A DNA stretch of 63,852 bases, counting the filler. It is 5 parts of 5 records of this genome, joined end to end, with 100 filler letters (N's around TTAATTAATTAA, not from the genome) between each part and the next. Parts side by side here need not be neighbours in the genome. Positions count along the whole stretch, not along the records: positions 1 to 22,695 come from DRR723986_11302; 4 more parts are not named here. One strand, given 5' to 3'. The notes under the pieces were generated by a model that saw only the letters and a list, made by a program, of their open reading frames with translations, did not search any database and was not told where the DNA came from. The position numbers and the translations under genes are program-made. Of this stretch, positions 1-10,009 are shown in pieces (the first letter of the stretch is position 1; each line of letters starts with the position of its first letter).

Positions 1-64
1 AGTTTCCGGGGCGGTTGCTCCTTCGGCGCCTAACCATATTACTACAGTTTTGGTCTCTCCCGCG
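1..64 (-). ncRNA. Glycine riboswitch, first aptamer (3' part cut off by the window start)
   Basis: Minus strand reads GCGGGAGAGACC...GGCGCCGAAGGAGCAACCGCCCCGGAAACT, matching the GGAGAG / CGCCGAAGGAGCAA / GGAAACTCTCAGG core of glycine riboswitches. The downstream gene (commonly gcvT) is outside the window. Confidence 0.88.
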
Positions 65-111
65 CATGGGTGCACGAAATACCTTTCGCACATGACCTTA
101 ACGTGTTCGAA

Positions 112-140
112 GGTATGCAGGAGAGCAAAGTCAGAGTCAA
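112..140 (-). promoter_or_regulatory. Candidate sigma70 promoter for the riboswitch leader
   Basis: TTGACT (140-135), 17-nt spacer, CATACC (117-112) on the minus strand. A GANTC site (134-138) overlaps the -35. Confidence 0.45.
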
Positions 141-245
141 TTACTCAGGTGGGCAAATACAATAAAAAATGCCTGAAAAACTATCGGAACAATCAATCCG
201 CTTTTCGATGGGTAAACTCAAGTATGGGCCAGGTCTCCATAACCT

Positions 246-752
246 CTAGCGTTCCATATTAAAGGCAACATCATCAATGCTGAGCTGAAATCCAATAAGC
301 AGTTCGTAATTATATCGCCGCGCCTGCTCAATGGTGGGGATATATTGGCTAAGAATTTCACGAGAAACCGCATACCCATTGCTGTCAAATTGTAGTGTGA
401 CATCAAATATGCGTTTGGTAATTATCTCGCTGTTATCTTTCATCACCGCAACAAAATACGGCAGTGTGATCGATTGATTGATAAGTTTGCTTTCAGATTC
501 CGCCGATATGTAAAAACTAACCACAGATGAAACAGAGTCAGCTTCATTGCATGTCACATCAACATCGTTAATTGTTGCCGTGAAGACCACATCATCAGCT
601 GTACGGCCAGCGCCATCAAACCGGGTTACTGTGCCCGTGTCTCCCACAACAGCAACCGCTGCGCAGCGGGAAATTGTCACCTCAAGCGGGCTTTTGTTGC
701 AAGCCGCCAGAGTTAAAGCCATGGCCATAGTTGCCAAAAAACGAAAAGTCAT
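246..752 (-). CDS. Conserved hypothetical lipoprotein
   Basis: 168-aa ORF with signal peptide and lipobox LAAC; divergent from ispH. Confidence 0.75.
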   Translation of the reverse strand: MTFRFLATMAMALTLAACNKSPLEVTISRCAAVAVVGDTGTVTRFDGAGRTADDVVFTATINDVDVTCNEADSVSSVVSFYISAESESKLINQSITLPYFVAVMKDNSEIITKRIFDVTLQFDSNGYAVSREILSQYIPTIEQARRYNYELLIGFQLSIDDVAFNMER

Positions 753-937
753 ACCGCATCTTTCAAACTAACGCATTGGCTGGTCTTTTTAGAACCATTA
801 TTTGGCCAAATGCGTCGCGATCATAGGGACATGGCCTACAAAGAGCAAGCCAACAAAAGCATCCATTAGTTTAAAGTAACTAGATGCCAGATATGCCAAT
901 AATATGGCAACAATTCTACCGAGAAGATTCACCACTG

Positions 938-953
938 GTTAAAAGCTTCTTAA
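938..953 (-). promoter_or_regulatory. CtrA-box candidate
   Basis: TTAA-GAAGCTT-TTAAC on the minus strand, an exact TTAA-N7-TTAAC match, in the lipoprotein/ispH intergenic region. Confidence 0.5.
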
Positions 954-1062
954 AGCCAATATACACTAAAAATTAATATTCACCGTTGCTCTCGTCATGC
1001 TTGACCGCTCGCACACATACGGGTAGCAAAGACTAACTATTATTATTTGCCAAAGGCGCTCT

Positions 1063-2040
1063 ATGTCTGACCAATTAGCTGATGTTAATAATACCGCAAA
1101 GCCAGATTTAAGAATTCTGCTTGCCAATCCGCGCGGCTTTTGTGCGGGCGTTGATCGGGCAATCAAGATTGTTGAGCTGTCTATCAAGAAATTTGGTGCG
1201 CCCGTCTATGTGCGCCATGAAATTGTTCACAACAAATATGTTGTAGAAGGCCTTGAAGCAATTGGCGCCATCTTTGTGGATGAGTTGGACGAAGTGCCAG
1301 ATGATGCGCCAGTGGTTTTTTCCGCACACGGCGTGCCAAAGTCTGTTCCGTCTATGGCTGAACAACGCAAAATGATTTATGTAGACGCAACTTGCCCGCT
1401 GGTCTCGAAAGTGCACCGTGCCGTTGAACGCCATCATGCGGCAGGCCGTCATATCTTAATGATCGGCCATGAAGGCCATCCTGAAGTTGTCGGCACCATG
1501 GGCCAAGTGGAAGAAGGCTCTATGTCACTACTGGAAACTGTTGAAGATGCAGAAACCCTAGTACCTGAAGACCCAGATGCACTTGCTTTTGTTACCCAGA
1601 CCACACTTTCAGTAGAAGATACCGCCGATATTGTCTCAAAATTGGAAGAGCGTTTCCCGCAACTGACAACACCAAAAAAAGAAGACATTTGTTATGCCAC
1701 CACTAACCGGCAAACCGCGGTTAAAGAAGTGGCGAAAGAAGCAGACCGGGTAATTGTTATTGGAGCGCCTAACTCCTCCAACAGCGTGCGCCTTGTGGAA
1801 GTAAGCGAGAAGTGCGGTTGCCCCGCAATGTTAGTGCAGAGAAGTGCTGATATTGATTGGAACTGGCTTGATGGGGCGAAAACCATTGGTATAACAGCAG
1901 GAGCCAGCGCACCTGAAGTGCTGGTGGAAGAAGTAATAGATGCGCTAAACGGTAAATATAGCGCTCATGTGGAGCTGATCACCACCGCGGAAGAAGATGT
2001 TATATTTAAAGTACCACCGATACTGAAAGATATTGCCTGA
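1063..2040 (+). CDS. ispH: 4-hydroxy-3-methylbut-2-enyl diphosphate reductase
   Basis: [32 protein letters not shown] and GITAGASAP motifs. Confidence 0.98.
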   Translation: MSDQLADVNNTAKPDLRILLANPRGFCAGVDRAIKIVELSIKKFGAPVYVRHEIVHNKYVVEGLEAIGAIFVDELDEVPDDAPVVFSAHGVPKSVPSMAEQRKMIYVDATCPLVSKVHRAVERHHAAGRHILMIGHEGHPEVVGTMGQVEEGSMSLLETVEDAETLVPEDPDALAFVTQTTLSVEDTADIVSKLEERFPQLTTPKKEDICYATTNRQTAVKEVAKEADRVIVIGAPNSSNSVRLVEVSEKCGCPAMLVQRSADIDWNWLDGAKTIGITAGASAPEVLVEEVIDALNGKYSAHVELITTAEEDVIFKVPPILKDIA

Positions 2041-2999
2041 TGGCGGTCTACACGCATGTTGATGACAAAACATTAGCGGCATTTCTGGCAAACTATGACC
2101 TGGGCCGAGCGATATCATTCAAGGGAATTGCCGAGGGCGTAGAAAATTCCAACTATTTTCTGGAAACCGAAAAAGCCCGCCTGGTTTTAACGCTGTATGA
2201 AAAACGCGCAAACCCTGACGACCTACCTTATTTTCTCGACCTAATGGAACATTTGGCCCAAGCAGGCATCCCATCGCCATTACCTGTTAAAGACACTAAC
2301 GGTAAAGCCCTCCAAACTTTAAGCGGGAAGCCCGCATGCATGATTAGTTTCCTGCAAGGTGTTAGCGTTGACGATGCCGATGAAAATCACTGTGCAGCCG
2401 TAGGCGAAATGCTGGCAAATATGCATAAAGCCACCGCAACCTATACTGCAACCAGACAAAATGACTTGTCTATCAAAGGCTGGAAAGAACTTGCAGAAAA
2501 AACCCTACCCAATGCGGACAAAGTGCAAACTGGCCTTGCCGCTGAAATTGCCAAAGAGATAAGTTTTCTGGAGCGAAATTGGCCAAAGGCATTACCCATA
2601 GGCACCATCCATGCGGACTTGTTCCCCGACAATGTATTGTTCACCGGCCACAACATTACCGGCGTGATCGATTTTTACTTCGGCTGCACTGATATATTGG
2701 CCTACGACCTTGCTGTATGCATCAACGCCTGGTGTTTTGATGAGGCACTGCAATTTGCACCTGGGCGCGCGAAGCGCTTAACCGAAATGTATGACATTAG
2801 TCGCCGCATGTCTGGTGCAGAAATTGCTGCGCTTCCCATGCTGTGCCGAGGGGCCGCAATGCGGTTTTTGCTCACACGCCTTTATGACTGGCTTAACCCC
2901 GTGGAAGGGGCGGTTGTGAAACCAAAAGACCCACTGGATTATTTAGCGCGGCTAAAATTCCATCAAAATGTGAAAGACACAGCTGCTTATGTCGTCTAA
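2040..2999 (+). CDS. thrB: Homoserine kinase (type II, APH-like)
   Basis: [31 protein letters not shown] and FLLTRLYDW motifs; ispH-thrB-rnhA synteny. Confidence 0.96.
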   Translation: MAVYTHVDDKTLAAFLANYDLGRAISFKGIAEGVENSNYFLETEKARLVLTLYEKRANPDDLPYFLDLMEHLAQAGIPSPLPVKDTNGKALQTLSGKPACMISFLQGVSVDDADENHCAAVGEMLANMHKATATYTATRQNDLSIKGWKELAEKTLPNADKVQTGLAAEIAKEISFLERNWPKALPIGTIHADLFPDNVLFTGHNITGVIDFYFGCTDILAYDLAVCINAWCFDEALQFAPGRAKRLTEMYDISRRMSGAEIAALPMLCRGAAMRFLLTRLYDWLNPVEGAVVKPKDPLDYLARLKFHQNVKDTAAYVV

Positions 3000-3447
3000 G
3001 CCTCAAAAAATTGTCGAAATTTATACTGATGGCGCTTGCTCAGGCAACCCTGGCCCCGGCGGCTGGGGTGCGCTTATGCTTTCTGGTGAGCATGAAAAAG
3101 AAATAACTGGCGGGGAATTTGATACCACCAATAACCGCATGGAGCTAATGGCCGCCATTCAAGCATTGTTGGCGCTAAGGCGGCCTTGCAAAGTGCGGCT
3201 TCACACCGACAGTACATACGTGATGAAAGGCATCACAGAATGGATTGAAGGCTGGAAAGCCAAAGGCTGGAAAACCGCCAGCAAAAAACCCGTTAAAAAT
3301 GCTGACTTATGGATGCAACTGGATGAAGCCGTAAAAGCCCATGATATTGAATGGGTATGGGTTAAAGGGCATTCTGGCGACCCCGGCAATGAGCGGGCGG
3401 ATGCTTTGGCTGGGCAGGGTATGAGCCTATACAAGGGTGATGTCTAA
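2989..3447 (+). CDS. rnhA: Ribonuclease HI
   Basis: [24 protein letters not shown] and [15 protein letters not shown] motifs. Confidence 0.98.
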   Translation: MSSKPQKIVEIYTDGACSGNPGPGGWGALMLSGEHEKEITGGEFDTTNNRMELMAAIQALLALRRPCKVRLHTDSTYVMKGITEWIEGWKAKGWKTASKKPVKNADLWMQLDEAVKAHDIEWVWVKGHSGDPGNERADALAGQGMSLYKGDV

Positions 3448-3501
3448 ATACCCCTATGTAAGCTATTACAACACTGACCTATGGTTAAAGCCATACAACC
3501 A

Positions 3502-4587
3502 TTATTGTTCAATATATTCCTCCAGTGCTTCTTTTGCCCGAATTGAATTGGGGTAGTTCGTAGCATTCAACTCTAACATTCCCTGCACGACGCCCGGCTG
3601 CATACGGTCGCTCAAATATTGTACGGCAGTGGCAACCAAACTTTCCGGTGGCAAAAACTCATGCCCAGCAATATCCGAAAAAGCTTTAAAGTGAGCTGTA
3701 ACCGCATCGGCCCCTTCAACAAGGGTTGCTATAGGCATTTTATAATTCTCGAACAAATGTAATAAGCCATAATAAAGGCTTACGAGCGGCACAGAGCCAT
3801 GATCTTCATTGGAAAATTTTCGTTTTTCCAAGTCAAGGTTCGTCAATTTGCTATCGATAATACGCTGCGCAAATGTCTGGTTTGTGGACAGCATTCTGGC
3901 TGGCACACCATTTTCATCCGGTTGATGATCGGCCATTGTCATATAAACCCGTGCATATACATCTGGGGTTTCGCTGATGAATGTCTCTAGCAAATCAAAC
4001 ATTGATCCATTGTCCCACCAAAGGCTTGAGTCAATGGCAATGTAGTTTTGGAACAAGTTTGGCTGAGTCAGTAACGTATGAAGCACCATTAGCCCGCCTA
4101 AAGAGTGCCCTACTAAGGTACGATGCGGCTTTGTTCGGTAGGTAGCATCGATATGGGGAATGAGCTCTTCAGCGATAAAACCCATAAACTTATCACCGCC
4201 GCCACTTGCTGCGAAACGTTCATTTGACTTACCATCATACCCAAGCATGCTGCTGTAAGGCGTTAAATCACGCATCCGATTGCCGTTATTATGAATTGCG
4301 ACAACGATAAGCTCCGGTATTTGATAATTGCCGTTGGCACCAGCGCTCATATGATTTATCACACCGGCAACCGAACGGAAGTGCGTATTGCCATCCAGCA
4401 AATACAACACCGGATAGTTGCTTTTATAGCCGTCGCTGTATGAATCAGGCAAACTAACGCTGTATTTTCGCTCTTCCTGCAACAGCGTTGAAACAAGGGT
4501 ATAGTTTGTACCCGCAACAACCTGATCATCGCTGTAGGCAGGCCAGCATACGGCAAGTAGCGACAAGGTAATGACCAGAAACTTCAT
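3502..4587 (-). CDS. Secreted alpha/beta-hydrolase, IroE/YbbA-like esterase
   Basis: Signal peptide; YPVLYLLDG, RMRDLTP, GHSLGG nucleophile motif, SSLWW and EDHGSV. Confidence 0.85.
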   Translation of the reverse strand: MKFLVITLSLLAVCWPAYSDDQVVAGTNYTLVSTLLQEERKYSVSLPDSYSDGYKSNYPVLYLLDGNTHFRSVAGVINHMSAGANGNYQIPELIVVAIHNNGNRMRDLTPYSSMLGYDGKSNERFAASGGGDKFMGFIAEELIPHIDATYRTKPHRTLVGHSLGGLMVLHTLLTQPNLFQNYIAIDSSLWWDNGSMFDLLETFISETPDVYARVYMTMADHQPDENGVPARMLSTNQTFAQRIIDSKLTNLDLEKRKFSNEDHGSVPLVSLYYGLLHLFENYKMPIATLVEGADAVTAHFKAFSDIAGHEFLPPESLVATAVQYLSDRMQPGVVQGMLELNATNYPNSIRAKEALEEYIEQ

Positions 4588-4663
4588 ATGACCTCCCGAT
4601 TACTAGCTGTCCAAAATATCAAAAGAATGGCTACTTGAAGCAAGCGCTGCATTCTTTTTCAAG

Positions 4664-6349
4664 CTATTTACCGGCGAATGTATCGCCAAAGAAATCGCCT
4701 TCGTTCCAGCTTGGACGCTCAATAGCATTCGCGATAGCGCTAGATATCAACCAATTAGCATGGGCAAACTTCGCCGCCGCATCATAGTCAATATTTTGGC
4801 TTAAATCATCGCGCGGTGAATGGTATGTTTTACTTAAGAAATCGCGGAAAATTTTGCCGCCATCCTTGCCATTCACGCCCTTATTCCAACCCGTCATCAA
4901 AAACACTGAGGGTATCCCCTGTTGTACGAAACGATAATGGTCGCTTCGGGTGAAAATACCTTCCTGTGGAATGGGGTCAGGGCTCAGCGAAACATTCAGT
5001 TTAGCCAAAGCATTTGCCGTTACAGGACCAAGACTGCTGCGCTCAGCACCGAATGCAACTACATCGGTGAAATCATAAAGCAGCAAAGGCATATCCAAGT
5101 TCACATTCGCCACCATTGCTGACTTCTCAACAGTGGGGTAGTGAGCAAAATACTCGGCACCTAACAAGCCCTTTTCCTCACCTGTTACTATGGCAAACAA
5201 AATCGAACGACGCGGTTTTTCGCCAGACCGAACATAAGCTCGCGCCACCTCTAGCAGTGTTGAAACACCAGTGGCATTATCCAAGGCGCCGTTATTAATT
5301 TTGTCGTCACCTTTAGCATTTTCAGACACCCCGATGTGGTCCAAATGGGCAGACAGCACAACATATTCATCTTTTAAATCAGGGTCTGAGCCTTCCAAAA
5401 CAGCCAGCACATTGGGGCTGGTAAACTGGTCAGATAGAATGCTTTCCCGCTTCATCGTTGCACGTGAGGCAAGTGCAAAGCCCTTGGGTGCGCCCTGCTT
5501 TGCTTCTGACAATACATCGTTGAACGATTTGGCGGCACCGTCAAACAGATCCATAGCAACGTCCTGGCTAATTGTGGCGGTGGCTTTAAGCCCTGTGTTT
5601 CCAGATAATTTGCCTTTCGGCTCAACCCAGTCAAAGCTTTTGCGGCCAAGAAAACGCTTGAGTCCGGAAAACGGTCTGCGTTTTTCATCTGCCGCTGTGC
5701 TTACACTGATGTAACCGACAGCACCACGAGACAAAATTTGCTTAAGTTTGGTCGTTGCTGACCCATGATGTGCCCGAATTTCGGTATTAAACGATGTTGG
5801 CGCTCCAGAGAAAACCAACACAATTTTTCCGTCTAGGTCCAACCCGGCAAGATCATCATGACCCAATGCAGGCGCATGAATTCCGTAACCGGCAAATACG
5901 ACGTCCGCCGTCACCTCACCGTGAGGTGTTTTAACACTTCCGCTCATGAAAAAGTCTTCGCCGAGGACTAGTGTCTTTTCTTCACCACCAACCTCAATAG
6001 ACATAGCGGCTGTGTCCATATTAACCATGGCCGTGCGCAAAGGCACTTCCTGGAAATAACTGCTACCCTTACCCGCAGGCGTTAACCCTAAACGTGTGAA
6101 CTCTGCAGCAACATAGTTGGCTGCAATTTGATACCCTTCCGAGCCAGTATCACGGCCACGCAGCAAATCGTCCGCAAGAAATGTTACATCGGCCTCAATA
6201 CGGTCAGCACTAAACATCACGCTCTCGCGCTCGGTTTGGTTTTGCACCACCGTATCACCATATGATTGGCATGCTGCCAGGCTAAGAAGCCCAAATGCTA
6301 CCGAAATTGATTTCGTAAATTTATACATTCCTCTTGAAGATATCATCAT
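4664..6349 (-). CDS. M28 family metallopeptidase with PA domain (lipoprotein)
   Basis: Lipobox LAAC; SAHLDH, NGALDNATG, GEEKGLLG, NLDM, RSDH and YHSPRD zinc-site motifs; VFAGYGI PA domain. Alternative start at 6328. Confidence 0.9.
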   Translation of the reverse strand: MMISSRGMYKFTKSISVAFGLLSLAACQSYGDTVVQNQTERESVMFSADRIEADVTFLADDLLRGRDTGSEGYQIAANYVAAEFTRLGLTPAGKGSSYFQEVPLRTAMVNMDTAAMSIEVGGEEKTLVLGEDFFMSGSVKTPHGEVTADVVFAGYGIHAPALGHDDLAGLDLDGKIVLVFSGAPTSFNTEIRAHHGSATTKLKQILSRGAVGYISVSTAADEKRRPFSGLKRFLGRKSFDWVEPKGKLSGNTGLKATATISQDVAMDLFDGAAKSFNDVLSEAKQGAPKGFALASRATMKRESILSDQFTSPNVLAVLEGSDPDLKDEYVVLSAHLDHIGVSENAKGDDKINNGALDNATGVSTLLEVARAYVRSGEKPRRSILFAIVTGEEKGLLGAEYFAHYPTVEKSAMVANVNLDMPLLLYDFTDVVAFGAERSSLGPVTANALAKLNVSLSPDPIPQEGIFTRSDHYRFVQQGIPSVFLMTGWNKGVNGKDGGKIFRDFLSKTYHSPRDDLSQNIDYDAAAKFAHANWLISSAIANAIERPSWNEGDFFGDTFAGK

Positions 6350-6500
6350 CCACCCTCTTGTTTTTATGTCTTGAGTTATCAGCCTTATTGAGGTTGATAC
6401 AATAGAATTTAGCGTTAGTGAGTCAATTGATGTCCCTGCTCTCTAAACTAAAGTCCATACTAATTCATGATTATACATTCAGCATCATCGCACTCAGATA

Positions 6501-7805
6501 TTATTGCTTTAATGCTTCAACAAGTGCCCACATACGGTCTTGCCCCCAAAATGTTTCACCACCGGCACGGAATGTTGGCACACCCCAACTGCCTGATCGA
6601 AACATTTCTTCACGGTTAGCGGCCGCGCGCTTTTCAACTTCCTCTCTGGAAACAGCTCTATCAATCCAGCCATCGTCCAGGCCCGCATTCTTCAATATTT
6701 TTGCGAGACCCTTGTTTGATGTTCCATCAATTCCTTGAGACCAAACCCCCGTCATGAAACACCTAAAAAACATAAGGGCCTGACCGCGGCGACCAATGAC
6801 CGCCTGCTCATCGTCCATCAAAGCAAAACCAATGCCCATTGCTCGCCAAGTGGCTTTACCAAGTGGGTCACAAATGGTGCCAAACTCTATGCCTTCAATA
6901 TGCGCTTCGCGCGCAGTATCGGCCAAAATATACCTTCCTTTTGCACGCGGCACCTTCATGCCCCGCATCATCATCGGCAGAACTGGCATTATATTGATAG
7001 CAATGCCCGTTTTTTCGGCCAACTCCGCCAAAAGTTCAACGCCCACATAGCTGAATGGGCTGCGCACAGAAAAGAAAACATCGATAGATTGCCCCGCTAC
7101 AGACTTGTTCAATTCACCAAGGCCGTAACGCCACAATCGATGAACCTCAAACTCTACTTGTTCGTCACCCACACCCACGTCGTTCAGTCGCCGCTCAAGA
7201 TAGTCCAAACGGTCTATGCCGACATAAAACTCACCTGCATAATACAGGCTTGCGCTGGCATAATGGCCAAGCTCTCGCAGTTTCTTCTCATTCGCTGTAA
7301 GCGTCTTTTCCCCAACATCAGCCAAACCACATATCTTCATGACCGCATTGAGGTCACGGCGCCAAAGCGCTGCTCCTATGTCAGCCGCAAGGCTAAAAAA
7401 TGCCGGGTCATCTTGCCTGCTTGCCAAATACCGGTTTGCCATGCCAACAGACAAACGGTCGGGTACAGTCGCTTCAGGGGAAAATCCAAGGCCGTATAAA
7501 CGCGCAAGCCTGCCCGCATCAATGATAGAGTATGCCTCATAGCGTGCTGGGTCAGGGTACATATTAGCGGGCAACTTTTCCACGACCAACGGCTTCACCT
7601 CAATCGCAAAACGCGATGCGATATCAGGCAATACTTGCACCATTAACTGACAGTAAGGATCATCGGCGCGGTGGAAATAATAGACAGTATGGGGTTTTCT
7701 GCCAATTCGGCGCACCATCTCAGCACGCGCCCTAGCCAGCCGAACACGCAGTTGGCTGGTTAACCATTTGGCACCGTAGGCTTTTAAAACGTTGGCTAGG
7801 CTCAT
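6501..7805 (-). CDS. Tandem DsbA-like / 2-hydroxychromene-2-carboxylate isomerase (kappa GST) domain protein
   Basis: The C-terminal domain has FFSVRSPFSY and WGVPTF...FWGQDR. The N-terminal domain is a degenerate copy (YFHRADDPYC...FYVGIDRL). Confidence 0.8.
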   Translation of the reverse strand: MSLANVLKAYGAKWLTSQLRVRLARARAEMVRRIGRKPHTVYYFHRADDPYCQLMVQVLPDIASRFAIEVKPLVVEKLPANMYPDPARYEAYSIIDAGRLARLYGLGFSPEATVPDRLSVGMANRYLASRQDDPAFFSLAADIGAALWRRDLNAVMKICGLADVGEKTLTANEKKLRELGHYASASLYYAGEFYVGIDRLDYLERRLNDVGVGDEQVEFEVHRLWRYGLGELNKSVAGQSIDVFFSVRSPFSYVGVELLAELAEKTGIAINIMPVLPMMMRGMKVPRAKGRYILADTAREAHIEGIEFGTICDPLGKATWRAMGIGFALMDDEQAVIGRRGQALMFFRCFMTGVWSQGIDGTSNKGLAKILKNAGLDDGWIDRAVSREEVEKRAAANREEMFRSGSWGVPTFRAGGETFWGQDRMWALVEALKQ

Positions 7806-7822
7806 TTACTCAGTAAAAGTTG

Positions 7823-8284
7823 TTAGTCCCCAACAGCTTCTACCACCAAAATGGTTCCATCAACAGAGGTAACGTTCGCCATCGCACCTTTTGCAATATC
7901 CGGGCCTTTGGCCATCCACCGACTATCGCCTACTTGCACATGGCCTTTGCCGTTTTTTATGGCTTCAACAACTAAAAACTTTTGACCAACAAAGCTTTTT
8001 CCGCGGTCGTTAACCTTGGAATCCTCGATGGTAGATGCACGCTGGTAAAAGAACCGATTGCCGATATAAATTGAAATTGTAGCCAAAACTGCAAAGATAA
8101 GGCCATGCCCTTCAAATTCCAGACCAGGCACAGCCCACGCAAAAATACCGGTAATGGTGGCTGCAAGCCCAATCCATAAAAGATAAACACCGGGGATAAG
8201 CATCTCACCAGCAAGCAGCACAACACCTACTGACCACCAAAGCCAATGAGCATTTTCGGTCATCCAAATCATTGTGTCTTCCAT
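7823..8284 (-). CDS. NfeD-like membrane protein (YbbJ family)
   Basis: Hydrophobic N-terminus with WW...E..IPG.YLLW; C-terminal OB-fold GHVQVGDSRW; directly downstream of an SPFH gene. Confidence 0.88.
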   Translation of the reverse strand: MEDTMIWMTENAHWLWWSVGVVLLAGEMLIPGVYLLWIGLAATITGIFAWAVPGLEFEGHGLIFAVLATISIYIGNRFFYQRASTIEDSKVNDRGKSFVGQKFLVVEAIKNGKGHVQVGDSRWMAKGPDIAKGAMANVTSVDGTILVVEAVGD

Positions 8285-8351
8285 CTGCCTACCTTTCTTG
8301 ACTATTGGTATTTCAGTACAATTTGTTTTTACAAACTGACATGGCCTGTCA

Positions 8352-9308
8352 TTAATCTACTTGCGGAACACCACCCGGTCGCGACGCAGATTTTTTGGTG
8401 CCAATATCTTTAAACAATTCAGCAACGCCGCCAATAGAGCCAATTATACCGGATGCTTCCATGGGCATAAACACAAGTTTTTCATTGGGCGAATTGGCAA
8501 ACCCAGCAAGCGCCTCAACATATTTTTGGGCAACAAAATAGTTTATTGCCTGTGGGTCGCCGCCTGCAATTGCCTGCGACACCATATCGGTTGCCTTCGC
8601 TTCGGCTTCGGCTTCTCTTTCGCGGGCTTCAGCATCCCTGAAAGCTGCCTCTCTTCGGCCTTCTGCTTCCAAAACAGCGGCTTGTTTCTCACCCTCGGCG
8701 CGCAAAATTTCAGACTCGCGCATACCCTCAGCCTCAAGAATAGCTGCACGCTTCAAGCGTTCAGCCTTCATTTGCCTTCCCATCGCATCGACGATGTCAC
8801 GCGGCGGGGCAATGTCTTTAATCTCGATGCGGGTAATTTTCACACCCCAAGGCTGGGTCGCACCGTCCACTACATTCATCAGACGCGCATTAATTTCATC
8901 ACGTTTAGATAAAAGTTCATCTAAATCCAAAGACCCCATAACCGTACGCAAGTTTGTCATGGTCAAATTCAAAATGGCTAAAGTAAGGTTGCTCACTTCA
9001 TAGCTAGCCTGCGATGCGTCAAGTACTTGAAAGAACACTACGCCGTCGGCCGCAACCATTGCATTGTCTTTGGTGATCACCTCTTGTGTTGGAATATCCA
9101 ACACCTGTTCCATAAGGTTTTGTTTGTGACCAATGCGTTCAATAAACGGCACGATGAGATGAAAGCCGGGCCGTATTGTCTTAGTGTAACGCCCTAAACG
9201 CTCAATAGTATATTCGTAGCCCTGCTGCACAATAACAACTGCGGAAAAAACAAGAACAATGGCAAGGCCTATCACCAAAAGAACTAAAATAGCCGACATT
9301 TCAAGCAT
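8352..9308 (-). CDS. qmcA: SPFH/band-7 protein (QmcA-like)
   Basis: ERLGRY, QEVITKDNA, WGVKITRIEIKDI, QMKAER and AINYFVAQKY motifs. Confidence 0.9.
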   Translation of the reverse strand: MLEMSAILVLLVIGLAIVLVFSAVVIVQQGYEYTIERLGRYTKTIRPGFHLIVPFIERIGHKQNLMEQVLDIPTQEVITKDNAMVAADGVVFFQVLDASQASYEVSNLTLAILNLTMTNLRTVMGSLDLDELLSKRDEINARLMNVVDGATQPWGVKITRIEIKDIAPPRDIVDAMGRQMKAERLKRAAILEAEGMRESEILRAEGEKQAAVLEAEGRREAAFRDAEAREREAEAEAKATDMVSQAIAGGDPQAINYFVAQKYVEALAGFANSPNEKLVFMPMEASGIIGSIGGVAELFKDIGTKKSASRPGGVPQVD

Positions 9309-9372
9309 TTAGCATTCTCCTTAAGTGTAATAACGGATGATTCCCTGATATATTATATGGGAACGTTTCGAT

Positions 9373-9403
9373 AAAAAAAAAGAGGCAGACTGATCTACCT
9401 CTT
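9373..9403 (-). terminator. Rho-independent terminator of the peroxiredoxin gene
   Basis: AGAGGTAGA-tcag-TCTGCCTCT followed by a T run on the minus strand. Confidence 0.8.
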
Positions 9404-9426
9404 AGACGCAATATCTATGCAAACGC

Positions 9427-9909
9427 TTATAACTGGCTCAAAATATAGCCCGAGCTGGATACTTGAAATGCGCCCGGTTCTTCAATGTTGAGTTCTGATA
9501 CTACACCGTCTTCAACAATCATGGCGAAACGCTGCGACCTGATACCCATACCAAATCCGGTACCATCCATTTCTAGGCCTATTGCTTTGGTGAAATCACC
9601 ATTGCCGTCCGCTAGCATAATCACTTTATCTGCAACACCCGCATCTTCGCCCCAAGCATGCATTACAAAAACATCGTTCACAGACATACAGGCTATTATA
9701 TCCACGCCTTTGGCAAATATTTCATCCGCTTGGGTAACAAACCCAGGCAGGTGCTTTGCAGAGCAAGTCGGTGTGAAAGCACCAGGAACAGCGAATAGCA
9801 CCACTTTCTTGCCAGCAAAAAAGTCATCTGTTGAAACGGGGCCTGGGCCATCTGGCGTCATGGTTGTCATCATTGCAGAAGGGATTTTATCGCCAACAGA
9901 AATTGTCAT
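9427..9909 (-). CDS. Peroxiredoxin, Prx5 type
   Basis: VPGAFTPTCSAKHLPG, SVNDVFVM and RSQRFAMIV motifs; GGAG RBS ahead of ATG 9909. Confidence 0.94.
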   Translation of the reverse strand: MTISVGDKIPSAMMTTMTPDGPGPVSTDDFFAGKKVVLFAVPGAFTPTCSAKHLPGFVTQADEIFAKGVDIIACMSVNDVFVMHAWGEDAGVADKVIMLADGNGDFTKAIGLEMDGTGFGMGIRSQRFAMIVEDGVVSELNIEEPGAFQVSSSGYILSQL

Positions 9910-10009
9910 TATACGCTCCATAAATTTGGAAATTACTTATTCAAAAACGCGGCAAAGCCACGGTTCTATTTCAAAGAAATACTACACGCTGTAAAAGCCT
10001 GTACAAGGC

